A stretch of 64,000 nt of DNA. It comes from Alphaproteobacteria bacterium (GTDB taxonomy: Bacteria > Pseudomonadota > Alphaproteobacteria > Caulobacterales > Parvularculaceae). Positions 48,786-57,019 of the stretch are shown in pieces. The position numbers and the translations under genes are program-made. The stretch is from contig JAUHYK010000008.1 of NCBI GenBank assembly GCA_030426465.1, forward strand, positions 4,756 through 68,755, in the 5' to 3' direction. Under the pieces are notes generated by a model, which worked only from the letters and a program-made list of their open reading frames with translations, did not search any database and had not been told where the DNA came from. The first letter of the stretch is position 1; every line of letters starts with the position of its first letter.

Positions 48786-49808
48786 CTAAAATTTCACCGA
48801 AAGGCTGACCGCGCCGAAGCGCTGGGCGCTTGTCTGCGTTTCAAATTCCTTGGTGCGCGTGACATAGGTGTAGGCGATCTGCGCCCGGCGAAATTGCAGC
48901 GCAATGCCTGCCTGCACCTCACCGACCAGCACATTCTTGTTGAGATTGGGGTCGCTGTCATTGAACAGGCTGCCGTCGAGGAAAATATTGTGGGCGACCG
49001 CCGCGCCATTGACGCCTGCGAAAAAATACCAGCTGAAACGATCCGCCGCCGAGAATGATCCGATGCCGGTCAGCGCCGGACGCACGCGCGGCGGGCCATA
49101 GAGATTGGCGCCAAGATCATTGCCGATGCGCAAGGTGAAGCCGCCGCGTACGCGCGTGTCCACATTGCCGAGCGTCACGCCGGCGCTTGGCGTTATATCC
49201 GCGCCAAAGCCGCTGTCGCCGAATTCGTGCAAGGCGCGAAACTGCCGGTCATAAGAGAGCGTAAAGCCCGGTTCATTGCCGATCTGGTTGTCCCAGCCGT
49301 TCACCGGGTCGCCGTCGATCAGGTCATGCCAGTTATTTTGAACCCATTCGCCCTGCGCCGCCGGGCCGACGACGCCCGCCTGCAGGGTGATCTGGTGGAC
49401 GCGCTGACGCTGCTGCACGACAACGGAATATTCGCCATAGAGCCACCCGGCGTAAGGGTGCTGGTCTGGGAGGGGCGCTGTCGCCGTCGTATCTTCAGGT
49501 GTGAAAATCGAATGGCCGACGGCGAAGCCCCGGCGAACGCCCGCATCTTCATGCGCGCCGAGGATGTCATAGGCGAGAAAGCTCGATACGCCCTCAGGCT
49601 TTTTGAGGCCGGACAGATAGGAAATTCGAACGCCATTTGTGTAGTTGCGGTCGGTGTTGGCGAAATAGTCGTTCTCCCAGACAAATGACCAAGTGGCGAG
49701 ATTGTCGCTCGGCAGCGGCTCGGGCGCGTTTTCCGCGCGCAATGGCGTGGCGCAGAAAAGGGCGAGACTGACCAGCAATGCTGAGAAGACGGCGGCTTTT
49801 TGCATCAT
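48786..49808 (-). CDS. LpxR-like lipid A deacylase (DUF2219) outer-membrane barrel
   Basis: ENDYF..DRNYTNG, HPYAGWL, GWDNQI, FLDG, TKEF, terminal F. Confidence 0.85.
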   Translation of the reverse strand: MMQKAAVFSALLVSLALFCATPLRAENAPEPLPSDNLATWSFVWENDYFANTDRNYTNGVRISYLSGLKKPEGVSSFLAYDILGAHEDAGVRRGFAVGHSIFTPEDTTATAPLPDQHPYAGWLYGEYSVVVQQRQRVHQITLQAGVVGPAAQGEWVQNNWHDLIDGDPVNGWDNQIGNEPGFTLSYDRQFRALHEFGDSGFGADITPSAGVTLGNVDTRVRGGFTLRIGNDLGANLYGPPRVRPALTGIGSFSAADRFSWYFFAGVNGAAVAHNIFLDGSLFNDSDPNLNKNVLVGEVQAGIALQFRRAQIAYTYVTRTKEFETQTSAQRFGAVSLSVKF

Positions 49809-49870
49809 GTTTCCGTTGAATCGCAAAGGTTCATAAGCGCGCGATAACATCCGCCATCCCATAACAAAAG

Positions 49871-49885
49871 TTAGCAACGCTTTAA
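49871..49885. promoter_or_regulatory. CtrA-like box
   Basis: Minus strand reads TTAA-AGCGTTG-CTAAC. Confidence 0.45.
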
Positions 49886-49958
49886 TGTCTCATGGCTGTG
49901 CCCGCGCCAGATGCAGAGCTATAACTCCTGTTTCCGTTGAAATCAGGAAAATGCAGTC

Positions 49959-50576
49959 ATGGGTTTTTACGCCAGTCATATTGAGCCGCGCCTCGTTTCG
50001 TGCGTCTGCGGGTCGGGACAGTTATCAAAAGAACGCGAGCGGATTGTCCCCAAGGCGCAAGGTCGCGTTCTCGAAATCGGCTTCGGCTCCGGCCATAATG
50101 TTCCCTATTACGATCAGTCAAAAATCACTCATCTTTACGCGCTTGAGCCCTCCACGGCGTGGCGCAAGCTGGCGGAGCCGCGGGTCCGGGATCTCGCTTT
50201 CCCGATGGAGTGGCTCGACTTGCCGGGCGAGAACATCCCCCTTGCCGATGAGAGCGTGGATTGTGTGCTGGTGACATTCGCCTTGTGCACCATTCCCGGT
50301 GTGGAAGAGGCGCTGGCCGGGATGCGGCGCGTGCTGAAGCCCGGCGGTAAGCTGGTGTTTCTGGAGCATGGGGCGGCTCCCGACCGGGGGGTGGCCCGCT
50401 GGCAGGACCGGATAGACGGCTTATGGGGCAAGCTTGCAGGCGGGTGCCATCTCAACCGAAAGCCGGCGGAGATGGTGTCCGCAGCGGATTTTCAAATTGT
50501 CGAAATGGATCAGCGCTATCTGCCCTGGATGCCGAAAATCGCTGGTTTCGTCACTGGCGGCGTGGCTGTCCGGTAA
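49959..50576 (+). CDS. Class I SAM-dependent methyltransferase
   Basis: VLEIGFGSG, LCTIP, RRVLKPGG, GGCHLNR. Confidence 0.9.
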   Translation: MGFYASHIEPRLVSCVCGSGQLSKERERIVPKAQGRVLEIGFGSGHNVPYYDQSKITHLYALEPSTAWRKLAEPRVRDLAFPMEWLDLPGENIPLADESVDCVLVTFALCTIPGVEEALAGMRRVLKPGGKLVFLEHGAAPDRGVARWQDRIDGLWGKLAGGCHLNRKPAEMVSAADFQIVEMDQRYLPWMPKIAGFVTGGVAVR

Positions 50577-50801
50577 CATCTTCGGCACAACCGGCAGGAT
50601 TTCCGCAATTTTAGTTGAATCGCAAGTTTCCGGGCGCATGATTAGCTTAACGATTAGTAAAAGGTGCTTGCGCCCGGCCGATTTTGCACTAGATGATTTT
50701 GTGCGGGTGCGAAGGGCGCCCGGTCTGATTGAGAAGCGGCCAACGTTAATTCAAGGCCGCCGGTTCGAAAGCCCGGAAGGGCCATTGAAAGAGAGCGTAT
50801 C

Positions 50802-51269
50802 GTGCGTCGAGTTCTGGGGATCGGGGTGTTGTTGGCGGTTGCTGGCGCCGCGCATGCGGATTCTGTGCCGGCGGATCACGTCTTTGCCAAATATGCTGAT
50901 CCGGCCCATGTGGTCGCCGCGGTGAACACCGAGTTCAACGCCGCGCCGGGCCAGGCGGTGCGGCTCACCATCTATAACAGCGAGGAAGCCTTCCTCGAGC
51001 AGGCATGGGCGAAATATGAAGCCCGCATCGACGAAGAGGGCGTTGCGGTCCTCCCGCTCGGCGATCTTGAACCCGGCGAATACGCTTTCGCCGCCTATCT
51101 CGACGAAAATGGCGATGGGGTTCTCAATCGCGGCAAAATTCTCGGCCGCCCGAAAGAGCCTGTGGCGTTCTCCAATGGCGTCAGACCCAAACTTAGAAAA
51201 CCGCGCTTTGACGAAACCAAAGTCTCCGTCACACATGGCAGCGTCGTCGTCATCACCCTCGACGATTAA
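50802..51269 (+). CDS. DUF2141 family protein
   Basis: PGEYAFAAYLDENGDG, PKEPVAFSN; signal peptide. Confidence 0.85.
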   Translation: MRRVLGIGVLLAVAGAAHADSVPADHVFAKYADPAHVVAAVNTEFNAAPGQAVRLTIYNSEEAFLEQAWAKYEARIDEEGVAVLPLGDLEPGEYAFAAYLDENGDGVLNRGKILGRPKEPVAFSNGVRPKLRKPRFDETKVSVTHGSVVVITLDD

Positions 51270-51282
51270 TCTTCATAGCAAT

Positions 51283-52047
51283 CTAGTTTGATCCGTATGC
51301 GCCGCAATCTGGGCAGGCGGGGTCGGCGTTGAGCCTGACGGTGCGAAATGCAGCGCTGAGGCCGTCATATATCATCAGCCGCCCGGCGAGGCTGTCGCCA
51401 ATCGACAGAAGCTCCTTCAAAACTTCCATTGTAGCGAGCGTTCCCATGACGCCGGTGACGGCGCCAAGTACGCCTTCTTCAGCGCAATTGACCTGCTGGT
51501 CGCGCGGCGGCTCCTCCGGCACAAGGCAGCGATAACAGGGAAGGACGCCCGGCTGTTCATATGGCTTGAAGGTCGCGAGCTGTCCCTCGAACCGGCCGAC
51601 TGCGGCGGAGACAAGGGGTTTTTCCGCCGCGATGCAGGCGCGGTTCAGCACAAAGCGTGCGGCGAAGTTATCGACGCCCTCGACCACAAGGTCATACGCC
51701 GTGACAATCGCGTCTGCATTATCGAGCGTGACCAGCGGATGGGTTTCGACGCATATATGAGGGTTGAGGCGCTCAATTGCGTCCTTTGCGGCGGCGGTTT
51801 TCTCCCGGCCCACATCTTCCGTGCGAAACAGAGTCTGGCGTTGAAGGTTTGAAAGCGAAACGGCGTCGCTGTCGCAAACACCAATCGTCCCGACGCCGGC
51901 CGCGGCGAGGTAGGATAGGATCGGACTGCCGAGCCCGCCAGCGCCGACCACTAGCACGCGCGCGGCGATCAGTTTTTGTTGGCCCTGTCCGCCCACTTCT
52001 TTCAGGAGGATATGGCGCGCGTATCGTTCTCGTTCTTCGGGGGTCAT
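51283..52047 (-). CDS. moeB: Molybdopterin-synthase adenylyltransferase (MoeB/ThiF)
   Basis: RYARHI, GAGGLG, SNLQRQ, DNF, CYRC and CPDC. Confidence 0.9.
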   Translation of the reverse strand: MTPEERERYARHILLKEVGGQGQQKLIAARVLVVGAGGLGSPILSYLAAAGVGTIGVCDSDAVSLSNLQRQTLFRTEDVGREKTAAAKDAIERLNPHICVETHPLVTLDNADAIVTAYDLVVEGVDNFAARFVLNRACIAAEKPLVSAAVGRFEGQLATFKPYEQPGVLPCYRCLVPEEPPRDQQVNCAEEGVLGAVTGVMGTLATMEVLKELLSIGDSLAGRLMIYDGLSAAFRTVRLNADPACPDCGAYGSN

Positions 52048-52083
52048 AACTTTACTTTGGCGCAAACCAGGCTTGTTGAAAAG

Positions 52084-52779
52084 TTAGGCGAACGCCCATT
52101 CCAGCGGCGCAGGCAATGCGTCAGCTGCATAGTCGATGCGAATGGCGACGCGCGGTGAAGCATCATGGGACGCTTGCGACTTATGGAGCGTCAGCATTTT
52201 CATGGTCAGGATATCTCCTCGTTCCGCAAAACAGGTTTCAATCGGCAGGCTCTCAGCTTCATGCGCGGCGTTCTCGGATTTTACGAACCCTCTGTTGTGA
52301 GAGCCGACGGCGATTTCCATAGAGCCATTATCGCTGGTCGCCGCATTGAGATGAAGGCGTACGAAAATCATACGGGAGAGAATTGGTAGCGGCGCTTCGC
52401 AATGCCAATATTGGCCTTTTCGCGACCAATTGATAAAGCCCGACGCCGCAGCCTTTTCCTTTACAGCAATCACCCGGTCCTGATGCCAAGGTAAAGACCA
52501 GTTGTTTTCCTCGTTTTTATTGAATGCGATTAGTCTGACGGGAAAAGCGCCGGGCAGGATTTTCCGAATCTGCGCGCCGATTTCACTGTCAGGTCCGAAT
52601 AGTCTGCGTCTCTGAAAGTCCAGGTTCAGCCTCGCGCCTGGGCGCCCATCCGCATGGCAATAGTTTTCTATCGCCATGAGATTAGCCGGGCTGACGGCCG
52701 AGCGAAACCAATGGCGCCCTTCATTTTCAAACCGCTCGATCATCACTTCTCGAGCGTTTAAAGGGCGCATTGCGGTCAT
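52084..52779 (-). CDS. Phytanoyl-CoA dioxygenase-like 2OG-Fe(II) oxygenase
   Basis: NWSLPWHQD, RLHL, NGSM, LHKS. Confidence 0.85.
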   Translation of the reverse strand: MTAMRPLNAREVMIERFENEGRHWFRSAVSPANLMAIENYCHADGRPGARLNLDFQRRRLFGPDSEIGAQIRKILPGAFPVRLIAFNKNEENNWSLPWHQDRVIAVKEKAAASGFINWSRKGQYWHCEAPLPILSRMIFVRLHLNAATSDNGSMEIAVGSHNRGFVKSENAAHEAESLPIETCFAERGDILTMKMLTLHKSQASHDASPRVAIRIDYAADALPAPLEWAFA

Positions 52780-53222
52780 TTCGACAACAGCTCGGCGCGC
52801 ACTTTCAGGGCGCGAGTGCCAATATAAATTTCACGCAGAAACAGCATCAGCCCGCCAGCCATGGCGAACATGGCGGCGATGAACATGAGCGCAACGAACG
52901 CGCCGACCGGCGCCTTGATGAAATCGCCGATGAACATGGTCGCGATCACGAGACAAACCATCAGGGCGGCGGTTGAGAACAACAGAACGGCGCGCTGGGC
53001 AAGCTGCATGCGCCGGTCGAGGCTGATGAGTTCTGCGCGCATGCGTCCGGCCTCTGCGTCATTGCGAGGACTTAGCATCCGCTCTTCGAGGGCCCGGGCC
53101 CGGTCGATGACGCGGGCGAGGCGCGTCGTGACGACGCCCAGCAGCGAGCCGATGCCGGCGAGAAGAAACACCGGCGCGACGGCGAGCTGAATGATATGGG
53201 CGATGTCGGAAATGTCGTTCAT
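52776..53222 (-). CDS. DUF2721 membrane protein
   Basis: IQLAVAPVFLLAGIG, RLARVIDRAR, FLREI. Confidence 0.88.
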   Translation of the reverse strand: MNDISDIAHIIQLAVAPVFLLAGIGSLLGVVTTRLARVIDRARALEERMLSPRNDAEAGRMRAELISLDRRMQLAQRAVLLFSTAALMVCLVIATMFIGDFIKAPVGAFVALMFIAAMFAMAGGLMLFLREIYIGTRALKVRAELLSK

Positions 53223-53239
53223 GGGCGTATGTTGTGGCC

Positions 53240-54400
53240 TCAAGCGAAGAGTTCGTAAAGCACGCGGTTCAAAATCCGCCGGCCATCGCCTGTGGCCGCG
53301 AGGGTTTCTCCGTCCCAGGTCAGGAGATTATCGCCGATGAGCCGGTCGATGCGTTCATAGGCGCCGGCGCCTGTGGCGGCGTCAGTGAAGAACGGGTCCG
53401 TTTCGTGTAACGCGATGCCCTTGCGAAGCCGCAACCCCATTGTGAAGCGCTCCATGGTCGCCTCACTCTTGCTCAGGATCGTCTGCGTGTGCGGCGCCCC
53501 GGCGAGATAGTCTTTCGGCGCCAGCGGCGTTTCGGTGGCGATGCGGTGACTGTCTTCCGCCAGTCCTCCATGGGCGTGGTTTTTAGTTAGGCGCCCGTGG
53601 GCGCCGGGACCGACGCCCACATAGTCGCCATAGGTCCAGTAAACGAGATTGTGTCGGCTCTCCTCGCCCGGCCCGGCGTGATTGGAGATTTCATAAGCGG
53701 GAAGCCCCGCCGCCGCCGTCATCTCCTGCGCGGCGTCATACATGTCTGCTGTGATGTCATCCTCAGGCGGCGTCCAGCGGCCTTTATCGACAGCGATGGC
53801 GAAGGCCGTTCCCGGTTCAATGGTGAGCTGGTAGAGCGAAAGATGCTGCGGCGCGAGGGTTAGCGCTTCGCCGAGTTCTATGCGCCAGTCGTCTAGCGTC
53901 TGGCCGGGGCGGCCATAGATCAGATCGAAGGTGACACGGGGGAAGGCGGCTTTCGCAGCTTCAATCGCACGCTTGGCGGAGGCTGCGTCATGGTCGCGGC
54001 CGAGAAAGTTGAGCGCCTCATCGCGCAAGCTTTGCACGCCCAAGGACAAACGGTTGACGCCTGTCCTGGCGAACGCTTCGAAACGCGACTGCTCGGCGTC
54101 CGTCGGGTTGGCTTCAAGGGTGATTTCGGCGTCCGGCTCAAACCCCCAAAGGCGTGCGCAAGTTTCGATGACGCTTTCGATGACCGGTAGCGGCGCGAGC
54201 GACGGCGTCCCGCCGCCAAAATAGAGGCTTGTCAGTTTCCGGCCTTGCGTTCGCGCCGCGTAATGGTCGAGGTCACGCGTCAGCGCCCTGATCCAGGCGT
54301 CCACGTCCACGTCGCGGTTTTTGTAGACGTTGAAATCGCAATAGGGGCAGATGCGCGCGCAATAGGGCCAATGAATATAAACGCCTAATTTCGTTGTCAT
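53240..54400 (-). CDS. hemW: Radical SAM heme chaperone
   Basis: YIHWPYCARICPYCDFN, FGGGTPS, EANP, YEISN, HNLVYW. Confidence 0.95.
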   Translation of the reverse strand: MTTKLGVYIHWPYCARICPYCDFNVYKNRDVDVDAWIRALTRDLDHYAARTQGRKLTSLYFGGGTPSLAPLPVIESVIETCARLWGFEPDAEITLEANPTDAEQSRFEAFARTGVNRLSLGVQSLRDEALNFLGRDHDAASAKRAIEAAKAAFPRVTFDLIYGRPGQTLDDWRIELGEALTLAPQHLSLYQLTIEPGTAFAIAVDKGRWTPPEDDITADMYDAAQEMTAAAGLPAYEISNHAGPGEESRHNLVYWTYGDYVGVGPGAHGRLTKNHAHGGLAEDSHRIATETPLAPKDYLAGAPHTQTILSKSEATMERFTMGLRLRKGIALHETDPFFTDAATGAGAYERIDRLIGDNLLTWDGETLAATGDGRRILNRVLYELFA

Positions 54401-54410
54401 CGGGGCTTTG

Positions 54411-55190
54411 TCACTGGGCGGCGGCGGCCTGTTCCGCAAGCTCGATTGTGTGGTCAAGGAGCTCCCGTCCGCCCATGGGCCCGTGAGACGGGATGACAAT
54501 CTCTGCTTCCGGAAAAGCCTCAGCAACATTCCTGACGGCTTCAGCCCAGTGGCTTACATCGCCATCAGCCGTGTTGCCGAGATTTTTGGATTCGCCGGGC
54601 CGAATGAGGCATCCGCCAAACAGCACTTTCGCCGGTGCGTAATAGACGACGATATTGTCGCGTGTGTGGCCAGCGCCGGGGTAATAAATTTCGTAATGAT
54701 GGTTCTGCGAGTGGGTGGTAATGACTAGCTGCGTCGCCCCTTCCTCCAACGCCAGGCTTTTTTTTGCAGGGCTCAGACCGCGCGCAGGCGCATCTTCGTT
54801 GGAAAACTGGTGCGCGATGGTTTCTACGCCATGAGCATGAAGCGCGCTCATGCCGCCCATCTTGTCGCTATGCGCGTGCGTAACGATGGCTGTCGAAGGC
54901 AGGCCGCCAGTTTCCGATTCGACTAGATTGAGTAGCGCTTCCGTTTCTTCGTCGGTCCATGCGGTGTCTACAAGAATGACACCCTTATCTGTTTGCACAA
55001 CAAGTCCCTGCGACAGGACAAGCCCCCAGCCGCTGACATAATCATAGCTCTTGTGAATCCAGACATTGTCGGCGATTTTTTCCAGCGACGGCGCGGGCAG
55101 CGCTTCGGCGGTTTGGGGCGTTTCTTTATTGGTCGCGCAAGCGGCCAGAGAAACGAGCGCAAGAGCGGCGAGAAAACTTCTAAACATCAA
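54411..55190 (-). CDS. Subclass B1 metallo-beta-lactamase, NDM-like lipoprotein
   Basis: [41 protein letters not shown] give all six B1 zinc ligands; lipobox LAAC. Confidence 0.9.
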   Translation of the reverse strand: MMFRSFLAALALVSLAACATNKETPQTAEALPAPSLEKIADNVWIHKSYDYVSGWGLVLSQGLVVQTDKGVILVDTAWTDEETEALLNLVESETGGLPSTAIVTHAHSDKMGGMSALHAHGVETIAHQFSNEDAPARGLSPAKKSLALEEGATQLVITTHSQNHHYEIYYPGAGHTRDNIVVYYAPAKVLFGGCLIRPGESKNLGNTADGDVSHWAEAVRNVAEAFPEAEIVIPSHGPMGGRELLDHTIELAEQAAAAQ

Positions 55191-55795
55191 AAATGCGCTT
55201 TCATCAGTTTACGGAATGCATCCGCGCGGTGGGAGATGTCGTGTTTTTCGTCCGGCTCCATTTCCGCAAAGGTGACGTGATAGCCATTCGGGACGAAGAT
55301 CGGATCATAGCCGAAGCCTTTCTCCCCGCGCGCCGGAAAACAAAGAACGCCTTTGACATCGCCTTCAAAAATTTCCGTGTGCCCGTCTGGCCAGGCGAGG
55401 CAGAGGGCGCAGACAAATTTCGCCGAAAAGTCCTCCGTGCCGCTGTCAAAGAGCGCGGATTCCACCTTTTTCATCGCGGCGTCGAAATCCCGGGGCTCGC
55501 CCGCCCAGCGGGCCGAAAATATCCCGGGTGCGCCGGAGAGCGCCGTTACGGCGAGGCCACTGTCATCGGCCAGCGCCGGCAGGTTTGCGGCCTTCGCGGC
55601 GGCAAGCGCCTTCAATTGGGCGTTCTCAGCGAAGGTCGTTCCGGTCTCTTCAGGGTCTTCAAGGCCAAGTTTTTTTGCGGAGATCGCCTCAATGCCGAGC
55701 GGGGCAAGTAATTCATTGATTTCTTTTACTTTTCCATCGTTGTGAGAAGCGATGACGAGGCGTCCGGGCCCTAATTTCCGCACATTCTCGCCCAT
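55187..55795 (-). CDS. rdgB: dITP/XTP pyrophosphatase (HAM1)
   Basis: [40 protein letters not shown] 55795 (the ORF-track 5' extension is spurious). Confidence 0.96.
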   Translation of the reverse strand: MGENVRKLGPGRLVIASHNDGKVKEINELLAPLGIEAISAKKLGLEDPEETGTTFAENAQLKALAAAKAANLPALADDSGLAVTALSGAPGIFSARWAGEPRDFDAAMKKVESALFDSGTEDFSAKFVCALCLAWPDGHTEIFEGDVKGVLCFPARGEKGFGYDPIFVPNGYHVTFAEMEPDEKHDISHRADAFRKLMKAHF

Positions 55796-55820
55796 GTTTT
55801 TATCCCTTATCGAAAAAAAA

Positions 55821-55863
55821 TTATCGTTTTTCGGCAAAAACCACTTGCATTGTTTTTCGATAA
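55821..55863. promoter_or_regulatory. Two TTATCG-T5-CGATAA-type boxes (55821-55837, 55847-55863) plus half-sites at 55807 and 55872
   Basis: TTATCG-TTTTT-CGGCAA and GCATTG-TTTTT-CGATAA; same consensus as 33795-33811. Confidence 0.65.
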
Positions 55864-55872
55864 GTCTATATC
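55845..55872 (+). promoter_or_regulatory. sigma70-type promoter of the leader-micropeptide-DUF2975-HTH unit
   Basis: TTGCAT-N16-TATATC. Confidence 0.55.
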
Positions 55873-55878
55873 GATAAT

Positions 55879-56163
55879 CAACAAGACGGTGATCAACGCC
55901 GCAAGCACAGGACCCCGGGCTCGGAGAAATACCAGACCCTGGGTGAAAAGAAAAAGGCCGAAAAGACCGGGCGAACCGGCGAAAAGAGCCAAAAAGGAGA
56001 AACCCGGGGAAAGGTCGGCCCCGCCCGAGAAAAAGGGAAAACCGGCCAAACAACAGGGCCCGAAAGGCCCAAATAGCAGCCCGAAAAAAAAGAGCGGCGG
56101 AAAAACCGCCGCTCAAGAAGATCAAAAACGAGCCGCTAACACAGGAAAGAAAAGGAGAAACCC
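55879..56163 (+). ncRNA. Candidate structured, almost U-free leader RNA or ncRNA
   Basis: 11 T and ~117 A in 285 nt; at least five GC stems with A-rich or GAAA-type loops; 14-nt direct repeat AAAAGGAGAAACCC at 55992 and 56150. Confidence 0.6.
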
Positions 56164-56298
56164 ATGCGCTTTGCTAACTCAAACTCAAGTTTCGATAAAT
56201 TTGGCTACTTTGTCAATGGACTGGCCGTATTCCTGACCATTTCTGTCATCGCCGCCGGCTATGTCTCGGCGATCGGCTCCTTCGCTGGGGTGGCGTAA
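56164..56298 (+). CDS. 44-aa single-TM micropeptide [44 protein letters not shown] (not in ORF track)
   Basis: AAGGAG SD, in-frame stop upstream at 56137, TAATG coupling to the next ORF. Confidence 0.7.
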   Translation: MRFANSNSSFDKFGYFVNGLAVFLTISVIAAGYVSAIGSFAGVA

Positions 56299-56453
56299 TG
56301 TCCAAACTTTTCCACAGAACGGCGGCGGCGGTGTTCGCCGCCTTCGCGGCGGCGAGCCTTTACTCCCTCGCCGTCGCCTCGCCCGCCGAGAGCGGGGCTG
56401 ACGACGCCCGGCAAAGCTGCGAAAAAGCCTTCTGCCTGATCGCCCTGTTCTAG
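56298..56453 (+). CDS. 51-aa secreted micropeptide [51 protein letters not shown] (not in ORF track)
   Basis: TAATG overlap; Sec-type signal peptide; C-terminal CxxxxC. Confidence 0.65.
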   Translation: MSKLFHRTAAAVFAAFAAASLYSLAVASPAESGADDARQSCEKAFCLIALF

Positions 56454-56506
56454 GGGCCGGGAAGGCTTTTTCGATTGCTCATGCTCACCAAGACGGAGAT
56501 TTCAAT

Positions 56507-57019
56507 ATGCGCGCGATAGGCAAAGGATCGCTATCGTCGATTCTCGCAGTCGGCCTTCATGTCACGCGCGTGATCTTGTGGATCATGCTGGGCCTTGTGA
56601 CCCTTGCGCTGATCATTCTGCCCTTTGCGCCGGCTATCGCAGATCTTTTTTCGCACTCCGACGGGATCAATATTGATGGCGTCGTCGATGCTGAAGACTT
56701 CATCAAGGTCTCCTACGCCTTTGTCACAACGGCAGTGATGTTGTTTGTCGTGAACCGCCTCCTGGAAATCCTAAAAGCGCTGCGGTTCGGATCGCCTTTT
56801 GTCAAAGAGAACGCCGACCGGTTTCGCGGCATTGGCTATGCGCTCCTGATGGGAGAGGGCGCCAAATTCGCGTTCGGTTTTTTGTCGCTGATCTTTGACG
56901 CCGATGTTGAGCTCAACATGACGTTCCTCGCCTGGCTCGCAATCATCACCGTGTTCGTGCTTGCGGAAGTGTTCCGCGAAGGCGCGCGCATGAAAGAAGA
57001 ACAGGACCTCACCGTTTAA
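56507..57019 (+). CDS. DUF2975 membrane protein, module 2
   Basis: TM segments, GSPFVKENADRFR, AEVFREGARMKEEQDLTV; TAATG-coupled to HTH. Confidence 0.9.
   Translation: MRAIGKGSLSSILAVGLHVTRVILWIMLGLVTLALIILPFAPAIADLFSHSDGINIDGVVDAEDFIKVSYAFVTTAVMLFVVNRLLEILKALRFGSPFVKENADRFRGIGYALLMGEGAKFAFGFLSLIFDADVELNMTFLAWLAIITVFVLAEVFREGARMKEEQDLTV

Noticed and set aside
50760-50785. GGTTCGAA (tRNA T-loop-like) and CCGGAAGG (SRP-like) words
   Set aside because: No cloverleaf, and no CAGG...GGAAGCAG SRP helix around them
56084-56114. Minus-strand reading of the 9-bp hairpin plus U8 as a plain terminator explaining the whole region
   Set aside because: It may act as an antisense terminator, but no minus-strand gene ends nearby and it does not explain the other stems or the 285-nt U depletion
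55796-56125. 110-aa Phe-rich N-terminal extension of RdgB in the ORF track
   Set aside because: Antisense shadow of the A-rich leader; homology begins at ATG 55795, which has its own SD-like sequence
55850-56236. 128-aa Lys/Pro/Gly/Arg-rich + strand ORF across the U-free region (also GTG 55889)
   Set aside because: Stop codons need T, so an open frame is expected here. The TTG lies inside the predicted promoter, there is no SD, and it overlaps the well-formed 56164 ORF out of frame. Not fully excluded without Ribo-seq.
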